Shown here: piece after piece, positions 35,811 through 49,000 of the stretch | Layout of the letters: each line of letters opens with the position of its first letter | Position numbering within the stretch: the first letter of the stretch is position 1 | From: Podospora anserina | Taxonomy: Eukaryota | DNA: 64,000 nt | NCBI GenBank assembly: GCA_017654855.1 | Contig: CM030335.1 | Span: forward strand, 2,728,001-2,792,000 | Direction of reading: 5' to 3' | Notes under the pieces: generated by a model | Seen by the model: the letters and a program-made list of their open reading frames with translations, nothing else | What the model was told of the DNA's origin: nothing | The model's database searches: none | Translations under genes and position numbers: made by a program

Positions 35811-38730
35811 CGGCTTAAGATCGTTGAGGATATGATGGACTCGGGCATTCTGTATGACCTCACACGCAACTACTGTCATTAGGAAGCTTTCCTCAGAGCA
35901 ATTCATCATGAGAGTCTATCAAAAGGGGTTCATGAGAAGCTGGCCCGCTGCAAGGGGGTCGACATGTTGAGAGAATGCTGATGGAAGAGGGTATGTCAAC
36001 GAACCATTCCCAAAGAACTGGGCTCCTTGGGATGTGTGTCATGTGCCGGATGTATCAGAACGGAGTTGATATCTTAGCAATCCTCATCCTCTCAGCTCCA
36101 TTAATTCTCAGCCACCAACGCAAAACAGATTGCATTCCTTCTGACATCGTCATTCGTTATCTAATCTTTCCACAGGTAAGGGCTCATCCATGGTACGCGT
36201 GATCTCCTCTGGCGCCACCTTGACGATATGTTGCATGAGGATTGCGCAAATGTTCACTGAAACTCCACCCGTATCAATCACGGACTCCGGACCTCGGCAC
36301 TCCTGATCGATGATGCCTTCATGGACCTCCGGTCTCGATTGGGGGAGCGTGTGTATAAGAAGTCTTCTGCTCCCTACCAGGAACCACACTTTCTCTAGCT
36401 CCTGATTCTCTCAACGACAGGGTCCCGCCAGCTTCATTCTTCAGCCTTGCGGCACTTACCTGTAGTGTTTCCATTCATTGCAATCTCTGAATGCCCTGCA
36501 ACGTTCAGAGCAGCTTTCTCTTGTCACGGACAGCCTAAAGCAACTTCTAACTGAATTCCAGGTTATTTTGTCGCCCCACGAGACATACAGCGACAGATGC
36601 GAGTTTTCAACTTTTTTGCCGTCCATTTCTGCACCCACGCGGATGCCCAGCCGGATTCTATTGGCACCCCACGATGTGTCGAGATGGATACCAGTGACTA
36701 CGCCTGCGACCATCTATCGACACGTCTCACAGAAAGCCAGGCATTCATCAGGGTCAAGCGTATGCCCAAGTCATGAGAACCAAAACCAAGGCCTTCCAAA
36801 GAGTCCACTAACCCCGAAGGATCCATTCGTTCAAAAGAGCATTTGACCAGGAATCGACTCAACAAGTTCACCCAGATTGCAATCTTTAAGGCCCCCATCC
36901 CGAGAGTCCACCCATCGAGATTCAACTGTCAACGCACGACCTAACGAGTCCGGTCCAAAGTCCAACTTGAACATCCCAACCACCCCGACGAACGTTTACC
37001 ACAGGTTCTCCAGGCCAGCCGGTGCCTACCATTGAGACCTGACACGTTTTTTGCCAGCCCAGTCCTGCCCTGACAATTCTCCATCCGATCGACACCGGTC
37101 AAACCCAGTTGTATGTCAACTTAACAGCTCTCGTGCTATATCCAGCCCGGAACCATTGTCTGCCGGCCCATCTCATAAACGCCCCCACAACCTTCCTTTC
37201 TGTTTCGGTGACTTGAGATCGAATGACCATCGACCGGATGTATTTCTGCCTACATCACGATGTGGAGATTGTTCGACTGGCATTGCTTCATAGTTCTTTT
37301 GGTTGCTCTGATTCGACGATGCCGAGATTGCGGACATGACTGACCATCCGAATCCCACGGCCGAATAAACGATTTCCACCCACCCGCCCGACGTCACGTC
37401 ACCATGTCCAACTTATTTGACCCCTGAAGGGCCGATGAGGTTGACTTGTGAGTGACTCAGTGACATGGACTTGCCATTTCCGCCCGTTTCCACTCGATCC
37501 GCTGAACCCACTTCCATTCCTTGACGATGCTGATGCCGTGTCAGATGTAATTTGCCCGCGTTCATGATTTGTCCAGCTTGTTTACCCCCCCGTTGATAGT
37601 GAGCCTCATCCATGCCAGCCCACTCACACCCATCCAGGTCTACTTTTCCACCCGCCCACCATTCCATCCGTGTCTTTGCGTCCTCCCACGCCCATCCCTC
37701 TATCCACGTTCATTCGTCTTGTTCCTTTTCCCGTCCACCTCCTCATTGTTCATGCATGTGCGTACTCAGCATTGGTAAGCATCCGCCTTGTCGACCGAAC
37801 CCTTCCATGATGATGCCAGAACGGTGAAGTATCTGCTACTTGAGCTCCCTCCGAGTCATTTCACGGCAAGCGTCTCAAGGTCTCTACTGATGCTCGATAT
37901 TACAGGCCAAAATGCGAAATGCCTTCATTGGGTAGGGCATACAAGGAGAGCAAAGCAGAAGAGCAACCGACGTCAGAGACTGGAAAGAGCCAAAATCATG
38001 TGACAAGGCTGTAAAAGTCTGACATGCGTCTCCCCATTACTTTCCCGCAGCATGTCTTTCAGCAGGACAGGGGGCTTGCCGTCTGTCAGTTTGACTGATG
38101 TCGACCAGGTACGTTCTCCTATTGGATCATTCCCTCATTCTCCTTCTCATAGGGCTGAGTCTCATGTTCCAAGATGTCAGACTGCACCGTTGAACGGCTT
38201 CTCCATGTCAGCACTTGGCAGGCAAAATGTGGGGCCTGACATCTCACTGTCGATAAGATCTGTGGCAGTGGCTTATCGGAGGACTCCCACGGTATTGGGT
38301 GAATGAAGGATTGGGACCGAACGATGCTCACAACCTCGAGGTGTGCCTGATCAGATGAGGCACGAAACACCGCCCTCGCGATGATTTCCGCTGGGATTTG
38401 AGGCCATCCAGCTGGCCGTAATATGAAGGTATGAAGGTGATCGCACAATACGAGCGAGCCACTGGTTGCAAGACTTTGACTGGCGAAGCATTGCTGCTGA
38501 ATAGGAGTGCAGATGTTGTGCCAAAGCAGCTTCAGACCTTGGAAACCGAAACCGAAAGGGAACAGGCCACGAAGAAGAAATTGGTAGACACACCGCTTCG
38601 AACGATGGCAGTCCTTCCTAAACAAGGCAAATGACAACATCCGGTTATCTGCATTGCCCTTTCGTCAATGCCACTCACCCCACGAGTTGCACAGTACTAT
38701 ACGCGTCGTCCTCAGGCTGTGTAATGTGAC

Positions 38731-38759
38731 AGTTGTTGTTGTTGTTGTTTTTGTTGTTG
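38731..38759. repeat. Short imperfect (GTT)n microsatellite
   Basis: Direct reading of the sequence. Confidence 0.7.
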
Positions 38760-41700
38760 CGACTTTCATCCCCCAACGACAACCACCCCCTGGTCTCCTT
38801 GACACACATAGACGGTCGGAATAAAGTGATGATCACAGAACTCTGAAAAGGCCCTTGACCAATGGCGGCTGGGGACCCGCGGAAGGAAGGCCATGTCCCC
38901 ACATTCGGGCCATCTGAAGTGGATTTATTTCGCAAGTAGAGGGATACCACGGGGATACCAGGGGGTGAAAATGGCGATGCAGAGATCTTTCCAGGGAACG
39001 AAAAAGAACCTCGCTCGGACTTTGGCCCTGGCTGTGGCCTCGCGGCCAATCCTTCTCCAAGCCGTCGGAAGGATGGCACGAGGTGCCGACGGTGTCCTGT
39101 TACAGATACAAGATTCGAGTATTTCTCGGTCTGCTCAAATGAAGTGTTTGAGGACATTCCCTACGGTGTTTGGCGGTGTGGATCAAGCCAGAGTGGAAAA
39201 CGCCGTTGGGATTTTGGCTGAAACATTCGAGACTCTTTTTCGGGTGCCGCTACCGCCCAGCAGGTCAGAAGCTGCAACGACGGTACATACATACCTACGG
39301 CGAGTACATGTGCCGGATCAGCTGCACGTTGGCAGAAAGAGGGTACATTCTGGGCATGGTTGTGTTGGTTGTTGGGAGCACCAGAGACGGGGAGCAACAC
39401 ACGGAGTTTGGGGGTGACGACGCAGCCAGTCGACTCGGAAAGATAGGACCGTGGACTGTGGATATGCGAGCGGACTTAACCATGCGATCAGGACCGTGTG
39501 TTGTTCATGTGCTGTGTTGTTGGCCATGGAGAGAGAGGGCCGCAGGAAAGACGTGGTTCAACCGGGAATCTCCATATCCTCAAGGACCAGAATCCCATTC
39601 CCAACTTGCGGTTTGTTCGAGGTCACGAAGCTGCATGTAATTGGTGAGTGGAGGTGTGACGGAAAAACGATGGTCAAAACGGGAATAAACTTTGACCAAT
39701 CAGAGCCCCCAGTGTCTGTTAGGTCCGAGGGTTCATCTTCACTTCAAGGGTCTTCAGTGCGAGAGAGAGCACGTTCCATGTCTGAACACCCCATCAACTT
39801 GGACTCGGCCGAATCCACGGTGAAGGACGACGACGTAGTATCATCCAGGCCGAGAAGTTCTCGTTCAAAGGACCGCCCCCTCCCCCCCTTCAAACTTAAC
39901 CGCAAACTTCCGAGGAACACAGGGGACAGAGATATCGTGCAGTGGTTCTGGGTCTTGTGAGTCCTTGTGTTCCAGAACCTGGTAACGTCTCCTCCAACTG
40001 TCCCAACGCCCAGTTCCACCTCTTTTTTCGACCAACAACCATTTCGGACTCGACCAACTGCATTCTGTTGGTATTTTCCCAGGTATATTATTATCTATAC
40101 TTGACAAGTCGCACAGCATAGCAGACTGTATTAAGGCCCTTTTCTACCCAACGAGTATCTTGATGTCTATCAGATCTCATTTATCAGGCACCGTTTCCAG
40201 GAGCAGGAAACCATCCCAACATTGAACCGTTTTCTTAGCTTCCTTCACGCCCTTTTTTCATCCAAACCAGGATCGGCCTTTTTTCACCCACTTACTGCAC
40301 AGGCATGGCACAGGCGAAAATGGAAGACCCGATAGAATATCCCTGGAATCGTACGCCGGGCGGCAAGGCTTCAGCTCTGGTTCGGCGCCGTCGGCCCCCA
40401 CACTCGCCCACCTAAAACCGCTCCGCTTCGTCCGTTCTCGCTGTGCCGTTGGGTTATTTAAGCGGAAGGCCGAGCCTCGCTGTTCCGTGTGGAGTTTTCT
40501 CCGTAGGGTGGTGGTGCTTTTTTGATACCTTTCCCAAAAGGGTTTCTGCTCAGAGAGGCGAGCCCCTGGCCTGTATTTTTGGGCCGCAAGAATCGAAGAT
40601 GGTCGTCGTGCTGCTTTTAAAACATTTGCGAGATGGGGAGGGGACGAGAAGGGAGCCGGTGTATCTCGGTATTCTCTTCTTCGGGCAGCAGGCTGGCTGG
40701 CAGAGACAAGATACCCAGATTCCTCCCCACTTTCTCTCCGATCAAACTCGGAATTTGACGTCCATCCCCACTTTTGAGGGTTGTCTACACTGGTGAAGCC
40801 TGCGCCGCAGCTTCTTTTTCGTTGCCGCCGGCGCCGGCCGAGGCTAGGCTTGGATGGGTAAATATTCGTAAGGCTGGTTGGTGCATTCGCCCCACAACTT
40901 GAGGGTGGTATTCTGAACCGGGTGTTTTCGCACGTTCGTTGTGATTTTTGCAGGAGAGCCGGAGGGTGGTAGCTTTGCGAGATCAGGCGAAGGCCTGGTG
41001 CGAGAGGCGTAGCATAGCCGAGTACCTACCTGGAGTTCTGAGTTGTGGGGCTTGAGAGAGAGAGAGACGGGATATAACTGGATTTGGAGGCATTCTCCAA
41101 GTGGACGTTTGTGCGCCGCGGGGAGCACGAGTCTGGGGTGTCCGGGGCGGTGGGTTGTTTGGTACAGTTGGCCGTTTTGGTAGGCTTTTTGGCGTCGGCA
41201 TCATGGTTGGGAGAACGCAAACTTTTGCGAGGTGGAAAAAGATGAATGATTGCGAATGTGGGATAGAAACGGTGAGTGTTGGATTTGTCAGAAACTGAAT
41301 TGTCATCAACACAACACCATCGTCCATGATCACGATATCTACCATTTGTCAAATCCGGCAGAAATTCGGACTCTAGTCTCATTAAATGTCATCGTCTTAA
41401 CACTAGTGTCCGCTTTTCCGCGCGGGCGGGTAGCCGTTGAGCTCCGCAACGACAAGGCAAAGAGGTAAGCACTGATGCAGAGAATGCTGACACAGTCAGC
41501 AGTTTAACTTGGACTTCTAGCTCCTCCGCCAAGATCCATCATCACTCATTGGGGGGGAAGAAGTGTGGTATTTTAACAATTTTGTTGATTCTTCAAAATG
41601 TGAGAAGACTTGGACTTGCAATCCAAAATCCTGATAAGAGGCTACAAGAAAAGAGCAACGTAGAAGTCGCTGCCACAAAAACGCTGCGGGCAAGCACGTG

Positions 41701-42053
41701 CTTTCCTCCCAGAAAACACCTCAAAAAGCAGAGAGTCCCTCCCAACCAGCCTGGCCCTGATGAATGCTGTCCCTGATATCCCCAAGTCCCTGAACCCCGT
41801 GAAAATGCCGATCAATTCGTTGCGTACGGGATGCCGACCCCTCCTGAGAGTGGTGGCCTTTCCCCACCACGCCAGTACTGGCATAGTTGTACCGATAATC
41901 TGTTGTTGTGTGGTGATTGTTGTTTTTTATGTTGGCGGTTGCGTATATATGTGTTGTGAATATCCTTTGCCTTGAGGCGTCCCTCTCTTGTATCCCTATT
42001 TTCCCTTGCCCTTGGTGTCCAAACAATCTCCAAGCGAAACAAAAAATCCATGC

Positions 42054-43041
42054 TTATTGCTGTGGACCATAACCAGGCGAGCCAGGCATGGACAGCGGCG
42101 TCTTCGGGTACTCGGTGTAGCTACCAGAGTCCGAGCAGGCCGCCGAGTGTTCGAGAGAGTGTGACAGAGGCGGAGTCTGTGTCAGGCACCCATCAGCAAC
42201 GGTGATCTTCTTGAGAGTTTTTACGGGCCACGATGAAAGTTTTGAAGAGGAGGAAGATGTGGAGGAGGTGTAGTAGCTTGGTTCCGAGAGGCACTCACAT
42301 TCGGGGTCAGATGCTCGAAGGGAGGAGGGTGGCCTCCGTGCATGGGCATCCCTGGGAAGAAGCCGTTGTTGTAGCTATCCAGGGCTTGCATGGATGGCAG
42401 AGAAATGGTGTTTGAGTACTCGGCGAGTGTTACGACTGGATCTTGGGGCATTTGGTGGAAGTTGTAGGGAGTGAACATCTCGTCGCTGGTAGGAACAGGG
42501 TAGCCAGTCTGGTAGTAGGGGCCCACTGGGCTGGTGGATCGATCTCTGTCATCCTCGTAGCTGTGGCTGAAGAGGTACTGATCGTGCTGTCCATAGGATG
42601 GAGTTGTGAAGTGAGGAGCGACAACCTGTCTGCCGGTGGCAGGTGGCGATTGCTTCCGTGCCTTGGTCGCTGGGGCGCGCTTCGCAGGCTTGGGTGCTGG
42701 GCTTGTCTTCTCACTGCCGGGAGAGGGGGATTCGTCTGATACTCCGGCCTTGCGCTCCAGCTCTTCCATGCGCTTCTTCAACTTCTTGCCTGTACCCAGC
42801 TGTTTAGTGTTTGCACTTGGAGTGTCGTCCCATGAGGCTACGTACGATAGTTGCGCTGGGCAATGCGGTTCTGTATCCTCCTCCTCTCGGCAAGGTCTGA
42901 GATCTTGGTCCAGTCCTCGTCGGGGTTGGCTGAGGGGCTGAAGGCGCTGCTGGTGCCGTGCGAGAATTGTCTTGCGGGCGCCATTGGGGCCTGCTGGTAA
43001 TGGGTATATGTGTGCGGGTTGAGCTGGAACATGCTGGCCAT
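42054..43041 (-). CDS. bZIP transcription factor; introns ~42790-42845 and ~42177-42299
   Basis: SAFSPSANPDEDWTKISDLAERRRIQNRIAQRNYR|KKLKKRMEELERKAG forms the basic region and zipper. The final exon is TPPLSHSLEHS...YPKTPLSMPGSP...QQ*. Confidence 0.9.
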
Positions 43042-46000
43042 GGTGAACGGCGTCTTGTAAAGCCAGGTAAGGTTTGGGATGAGAAGAAGTAAAGTGGTGA
43101 GGTAAGGTGAGATGAGAACCGTGTGCCAGATCCGAGAGGATGGGACGAACTATATATCCAAGTTGGTGGGTGCGGCGTCAAACGTCTATCTCTACGTCGG
43201 AGGGAGGGGGAGATCAGTCTTTAAGAGCTGGCCCAAGAAGATTCACCAAGTCGAGGTACTCACAAGCCCACATGCAGGGATTCCATGGATGGTCTACGGC
43301 AAATTGGCTGGTAAGTATCCTTGGACACTCTTGCTGGTTATTCTGCAGCCTGGTTGTGAGGTACCCGCTACAGACCCACCCGCAAGGATTCTTGGGTTCA
43401 TGGGTCGTCGTGTCTTGGACCGGGGGTGAATATGGGGCCATGCATGGAACTGGGCGTGTTGGTTGTTGAAGATGTACCTGGGTACTTCGAGCATTTCATG
43501 ACCGTGGAGGTACGTACCAAAAGCCTGGTGTGGTGTTGCACACCCCCTCCTCTCCCCTTCCCTCCATTCCGTCCACTGGGCCGGTACTGAGCTCTGAGGT
43601 TGAGGAGAGGAAAAGCTTCATGGGGCAGAGAAGCGCGGTTTGTTCCTAGCTGATGCTCATCTTGCAACCTAGGGATCCTGGGCCACACTCGATACCTGAA
43701 GAAACACATTCACATGTAGAGAAAAGAGAACCTGGAAGGGAGAAAGAAGAGGTTCAGCGGGGTCTTCCGCATGCCCGCTCCAGTTTACGAGGCACCTCAA
43801 CAGCTGGGTGGAATGCAACGGGCACCAAGAGAGAAGAAACGGTGGAGTTTGAGCAATCAATCCCCCCCCGTTTTCAGGCAGCCGTAAATCTCTGTGTCGT
43901 GGGTTGGCGTGGGTAAAATTAGCCCTGATAGCGCATTTAGCCCAGTTGTGGTGGGTGGTGGCTGCAAAGGACCGCAAAAGCAGCGTCCAGGGTTATTTTC
44001 GGGGGCCTGGCGGTGAGTGGGCCACCAATGACAAGCCAAGTGCCCTGTCCCTTGTCTTCCGAAAATGCTTCCCCTCAAACTCGCGTTCTTATTGGTCAAG
44101 ATCCCGTCGCCGGTTGGCCCAAGCTCACGTCCCCGGATCTCTCCACCACCGTAGGGCTGGGTTGCTATGCGCTAGTCTCTTTTAGGGCAATCCTAAAGAG
44201 AAACAGCCATCTCAGTCAACATCCACCGGTCCTTCCCCGGAGACTTCAGATGTGGCAGTGACAGAAATGTCAAGTGAGGATGATTCAAATCTATCTAGCC
44301 TTGTAACTAGGCTCGCAGACTCGGTGGTTCTCTCATGAGTCCCTCGCCGACAACCCGGAGCTTCCTCTCGAACTCATCTCTGGGGGCGGCTTGCAGCCTC
44401 ATGGTGCAGCTGGAGATCACACTGTCGTTTTGCGGCGCAAACCCTCGGTGACACAGGCCAGCTTCGAGAAAAAATCTTGGCCCGTCTGTGCATATGTCGG
44501 GCCCGGTGGTTGCGTGATTGGGACCGATTCTCTGGGCCAGTGTCGAAGGGTGGTTTAGTCGATCTTCTTGTTTCTCGACTCTACAAGCTTCCAAGAAATG
44601 GCATTCAGTAATGAAGTCGCAGGATCTCAGGAGCATCGGGCTAGGTGAGGTGGCCGGTATCGCAGTGTTGCAACTGCTTGTTTTACATTTTACATTCGGA
44701 GGGTGAGGTTGACGGCCTCAGCGGGACTCACGTGCTTCCCTGTGCTTGATAAGAGGCAGGCCCAGAAATAGAGTCCTGACAAAGCACCTTGTCGATCAGT
44801 GATTGGCTGAGAGGACTGGGGGTAATTGGATTAAGGTTTTGTGTCTGGTGGCCTCTTGGCACATCCAGGGTAGTGGATGTGGCGTCCGTGCAGCCAGTCC
44901 TGATCGGCCGAATTCTGCTGCCTGGTTTTGAAGTGTCGATGGTCTCGACGGCAGACGGGTATCATCGTTTCAATCTTGCCCTGGCTCCATCACCAAGCTC
45001 TCTCCCGTCGCCCCGCATTCAATCATCGCCGACGATTGATTTTCCTAAAGAGAACTAACCAGGACCCGCATCGACCCCCGCTACAAAGTACTGTACATTA
45101 GTGTTTTTCCTCTTCGGCCCCCGCGCGTGCGGTCGTGATCAGTCATCGCCCTTTCAGCCTTCGTCCTCACGGCCATTTGTTTGAGATCGTGTCCATCGTC
45201 CGATCATACTGCTTGGCCACTACGCTGGCCGGCGAGTCCACAACTCTTTTGATCCTTCGTTTTGGTCACGGCATCACAACTTGGAAGGCTGTCTGGGTCA
45301 AGTTTGGTGCTCCTTTCACCTGCAGTTTTCCATCAAACCGCCTTTACAGAAGATTAAGCGTGGGAGGTCGTTGAAGAGACCCGCTATTTTCTGTGCCATT
45401 ATCCAATCAGGTTAAATGGCTCGTAAAATCGGGAGCATTCCCTAGCGGCGCAATCTCCCGCTTTTCCCAGAGCCTTGGCTTCACTTTCATCTTGGCATCT
45501 GTCTCGATGCCTAACCTTAAACCAGGGCCCTCAGCCTTGTGGTCGCCGAACCCCTATGCAGTTTGGAGTAGTGGCTGCCAATTGTTTGCAAAGCGACGAT
45601 GTTCAATGTGATGTTATTCACAACAGGATTCGGCAACCCTCGCTTCAGCTTACTGACGGGCCTCGAGGTTGACGACTTTGCTACATCCTTGACGCTAGAG
45701 ATCACAGGCACCCATATTTCCCTCCAGGAGGAACTCATCTCTCCCGATATAGCATCACATGGTTCCTTTACCGACGCCCGAGTGACAAGTCAAGCCGATC
45801 ACCGACTCGACGGCTTCTTGGCCGGCTCCGAGTGTCTAGACATCCTGCTCAGTCCAGATGTGGAACACTTTCCAGAAAGGGAACTCGAGTCCAGACGTTA
45901 GGAATTCGGATCAGCCCCGTTGGAGTATCACAGGTCGGCCGCCGACCATTCCCGCTTGCCGATCGTTGCATTCAATTGTTACTAGCCGTCCCCGCAAGAT

Positions 46001-49000
46001 ACCCTCCGACGCCACAGGATGCTTGTTTCAACAGTTCATGAGATGGTTACAGCTTCATGCGGCCCTGTTTCCTGAGGGGAAAATGCAGGCCGGGAACGTA
46101 CAGAACGCATGTCACAGATGGATATGATTGGAGGGCGCTCGAACGAGTAGTATCTCTTTTGCCTGAAGTATGGTTCTGCGGAGATGCCGTCCAATGCGAG
46201 GGCGATATCGAAGCTACCTACCTATCCTCAGCGACAGCAAACAGATATCAAGCCATTCAGCGAGACATGACTAAACTCAGACAATCTGGAACACATCCAT
46301 CTGCAACATATGACACTGCAGCTTCAATGATTTTGGCAGATAGCTTCCGAAAGTTCCCAAGATCTATGGCAAATGCTTCAGCGATGCTGTCGTAACATCT
46401 CCAGCTAGTGATGAAGAGCCTCTCTGTCTCCTAATGAGCTCAAGAAATTGGCAGGCACGACACATGTACGGGGTAATTCTGTGCTGACAGGTTCAGATCT
46501 CACCCAGGGTGTAGCCGTACGGCGGTGCAAGGGCGCGGTTAGGTCTCTCCACCGGCTTGGAACGGAAGCTCGTAGGGCTAGTAGAGAAAGTATCGTCCGT
46601 GTATCATTTTGACCGCTTTTCTGCCGTTGAAGACTAAGAGGATACCTTCCCACGTTTCAGCTCCATATATAAAGTGCTGACCGCATCAGGCACCTTCTCA
46701 CCTGCCCACCAATACCTCCATTCGTCTGGAAAGCCACAGGGGCATCAATCTGTCTGAGGCAAACCTATTTGTTGCGGACGTCTGTTTGGGATGAAGCAGG
46801 AGCAACGGTCGAGTCCCTTTTCGGCCAGTCACAACCTCAGACCGGTTGATATATTTTGAGATGCGGCTTCGAGCAAGAGTCCCTGGCATTCTTGGCATTC
46901 TCGCAAAGCGATCCCAGGTTTGAGAATTAGCCCAGTTACGTGGCCATCTTCTTATTCTCCTAGGCGACTGACTAACTCGTTGCCTTGGACCATTTTCTTT
47001 CTCACCACGATGGGGACCTTCTCACATCATGTCAACGAGCAGCCAATGCCTTCACTCGAATCGTATAAAACCTGGGCATTCCCACCATCTCGACCGGACA
47101 GCCTCGTAAACCAGCCTGACAAAACGAGGCGGACTTTTTTTCTCGGGCGATATCACGGTTACAAGCGCACACGCACGTCACAACAAACGGGGACGGTTCA
47201 ACCGCCCCCCGCAAGAGATTCACGAGGTCGAACGACCACCAGGGAAGGGTTATTACATACACCCTTTGTTGCACTAGGCGACTATTAGCGAGCGGACAAG
47301 AGCGGGTGTAATATCAACCACTAGGTAACCCCCAATCTCCAAATCTTGGACTCCGTAGCCCCCGAAATGTGAACTGTTCCTAAAGAAGGACCGAGAGCGA
47401 CGTCTTCGAGGGACAGGCACAACAATTGACTGGCGCACAAAGTAGCCCCTTGCGCGGGGAGGGGGCTAGCTGCCGTTGGGTTGATTGTTGAAGTGCTTAT
47501 GTCAGAATCTACTTTGCTGGGTCCGGAGGGGTACGGAGCAATGGGGAAACGTAGTAAGTGGTTTTGCGGCTCCAACACTAGTAGGGGACAAGAAAATCTT
47601 ACGAACGGACGAACCATATTTGCCGGAGGTCTGTGGGTAGGGGGTGTTTTGGCGATCGCATCATTGATGATAGGCACCTGAATTGTTAGGGTTGCAGTTT
47701 GGAGGGGTTGTTTTACGAGTGCTGATATCGGAGACATACATGGTCGGTAGAAACGAGTTGGACTAACCGATAGTGTGGCAGAGCAGCCGTTTTGTTCATC
47801 AATCCCCACGCCATGGTATCATTGACCTCGTACTTTGACACGACTTCCTACCTGCTACCAACCATCGAAACGACAAAGGATACCTCGAAGCACCAAATCA
47901 GGAAAAGTGTACAAAAGAACGCCGGATGACGCGTCCAGAGTTCGTACAGACAAAAGTACTGAGCCATATCGGCATGTTTGAACCTTGGGACGTGGGCTAG
48001 ATTTGGAATGGGGAGGGTGGTGACATTTTTCGTTAGGGCAGGGGGGGGTGTGTTGGTTGGGTTGGTGGAACGGAAGCTCGCAGTAGCGCCGTGGGCGCTT
48101 CTTCTTGATGGAAGTATGGTTGTTACTGATGGAGGTGGCATGTCTTGACACTATCAATGGCAGCAAATGCCCGCGCATAGGTTAGCTGTCATTGCTTCTG
48201 TTAAAGATAGAGGAGTGTCGATCAGTTTCTTAGATGGGAAAATAATAGGTAGCTAAGCATGCTTAAGGTAATTGGAACCGCTGGCACTATCTCCCCACTC
48301 ACCCCCCCATCATTGCCAGCAACTTCCACATAGATACCTAGTTAGCTACCACCACCAACATCAACTTGAACATACACTACTGGCTTCAATCAACTTCCTG
48401 ATATCTCTACAAGAAAAAGGGGGCATTATGACTCGCTAACATAAAAAACCCTCATACACCACCGTCCTGAAACAAGAAATTTCGTTGCCTATCATCAAGT
48501 GGATTTACCCACTCAAACGAGGCGCTCTCGTTCTTGGGTAAGGGTCGCTCCCAGAAATTAGCCCACTTCACCTCCTGGACTCTGGACCCCACTCAAGTTT
48601 GTTCACTAATCATGTGGAGAAAAAAAAACGGGAAACGGCCGCCAGGTTCAAACCGGTGGTTCGTGCGCCGGCCGTTAACTGTGGATCACCTAGATCCCAC
48701 CTTGGATTGGTAGCAGTCCAAAAATCTTGGCGACAAACCCTTCGCAGCTCTCTTATTGCGACAAATCAGAATGGGGGAGGGAAGGTCTGGTTTGGTATGG
48801 AGAAGGGTAGTATCCCGCCTTTATGCAGAGATAATGAGAGAGCGATATAAAATTGCGGCTATGTTCGGTAGCTAAATGTCTTAGTATTCATGGAAGGCTA
48901 CTGGTCACGTTGGGTTTTGGAGAGGGTGGGTGTTTTTTGTTTTTTGTTAACCACTGGGTAGGTGAATTCATTAGGGGTGTATCCTGCGGTCTTTAGATCA

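Noticed and set aside
36180-36850. Coding-like fragments downstream of P5
   Set aside because: Interrupted by stops, with no recognisable homology.
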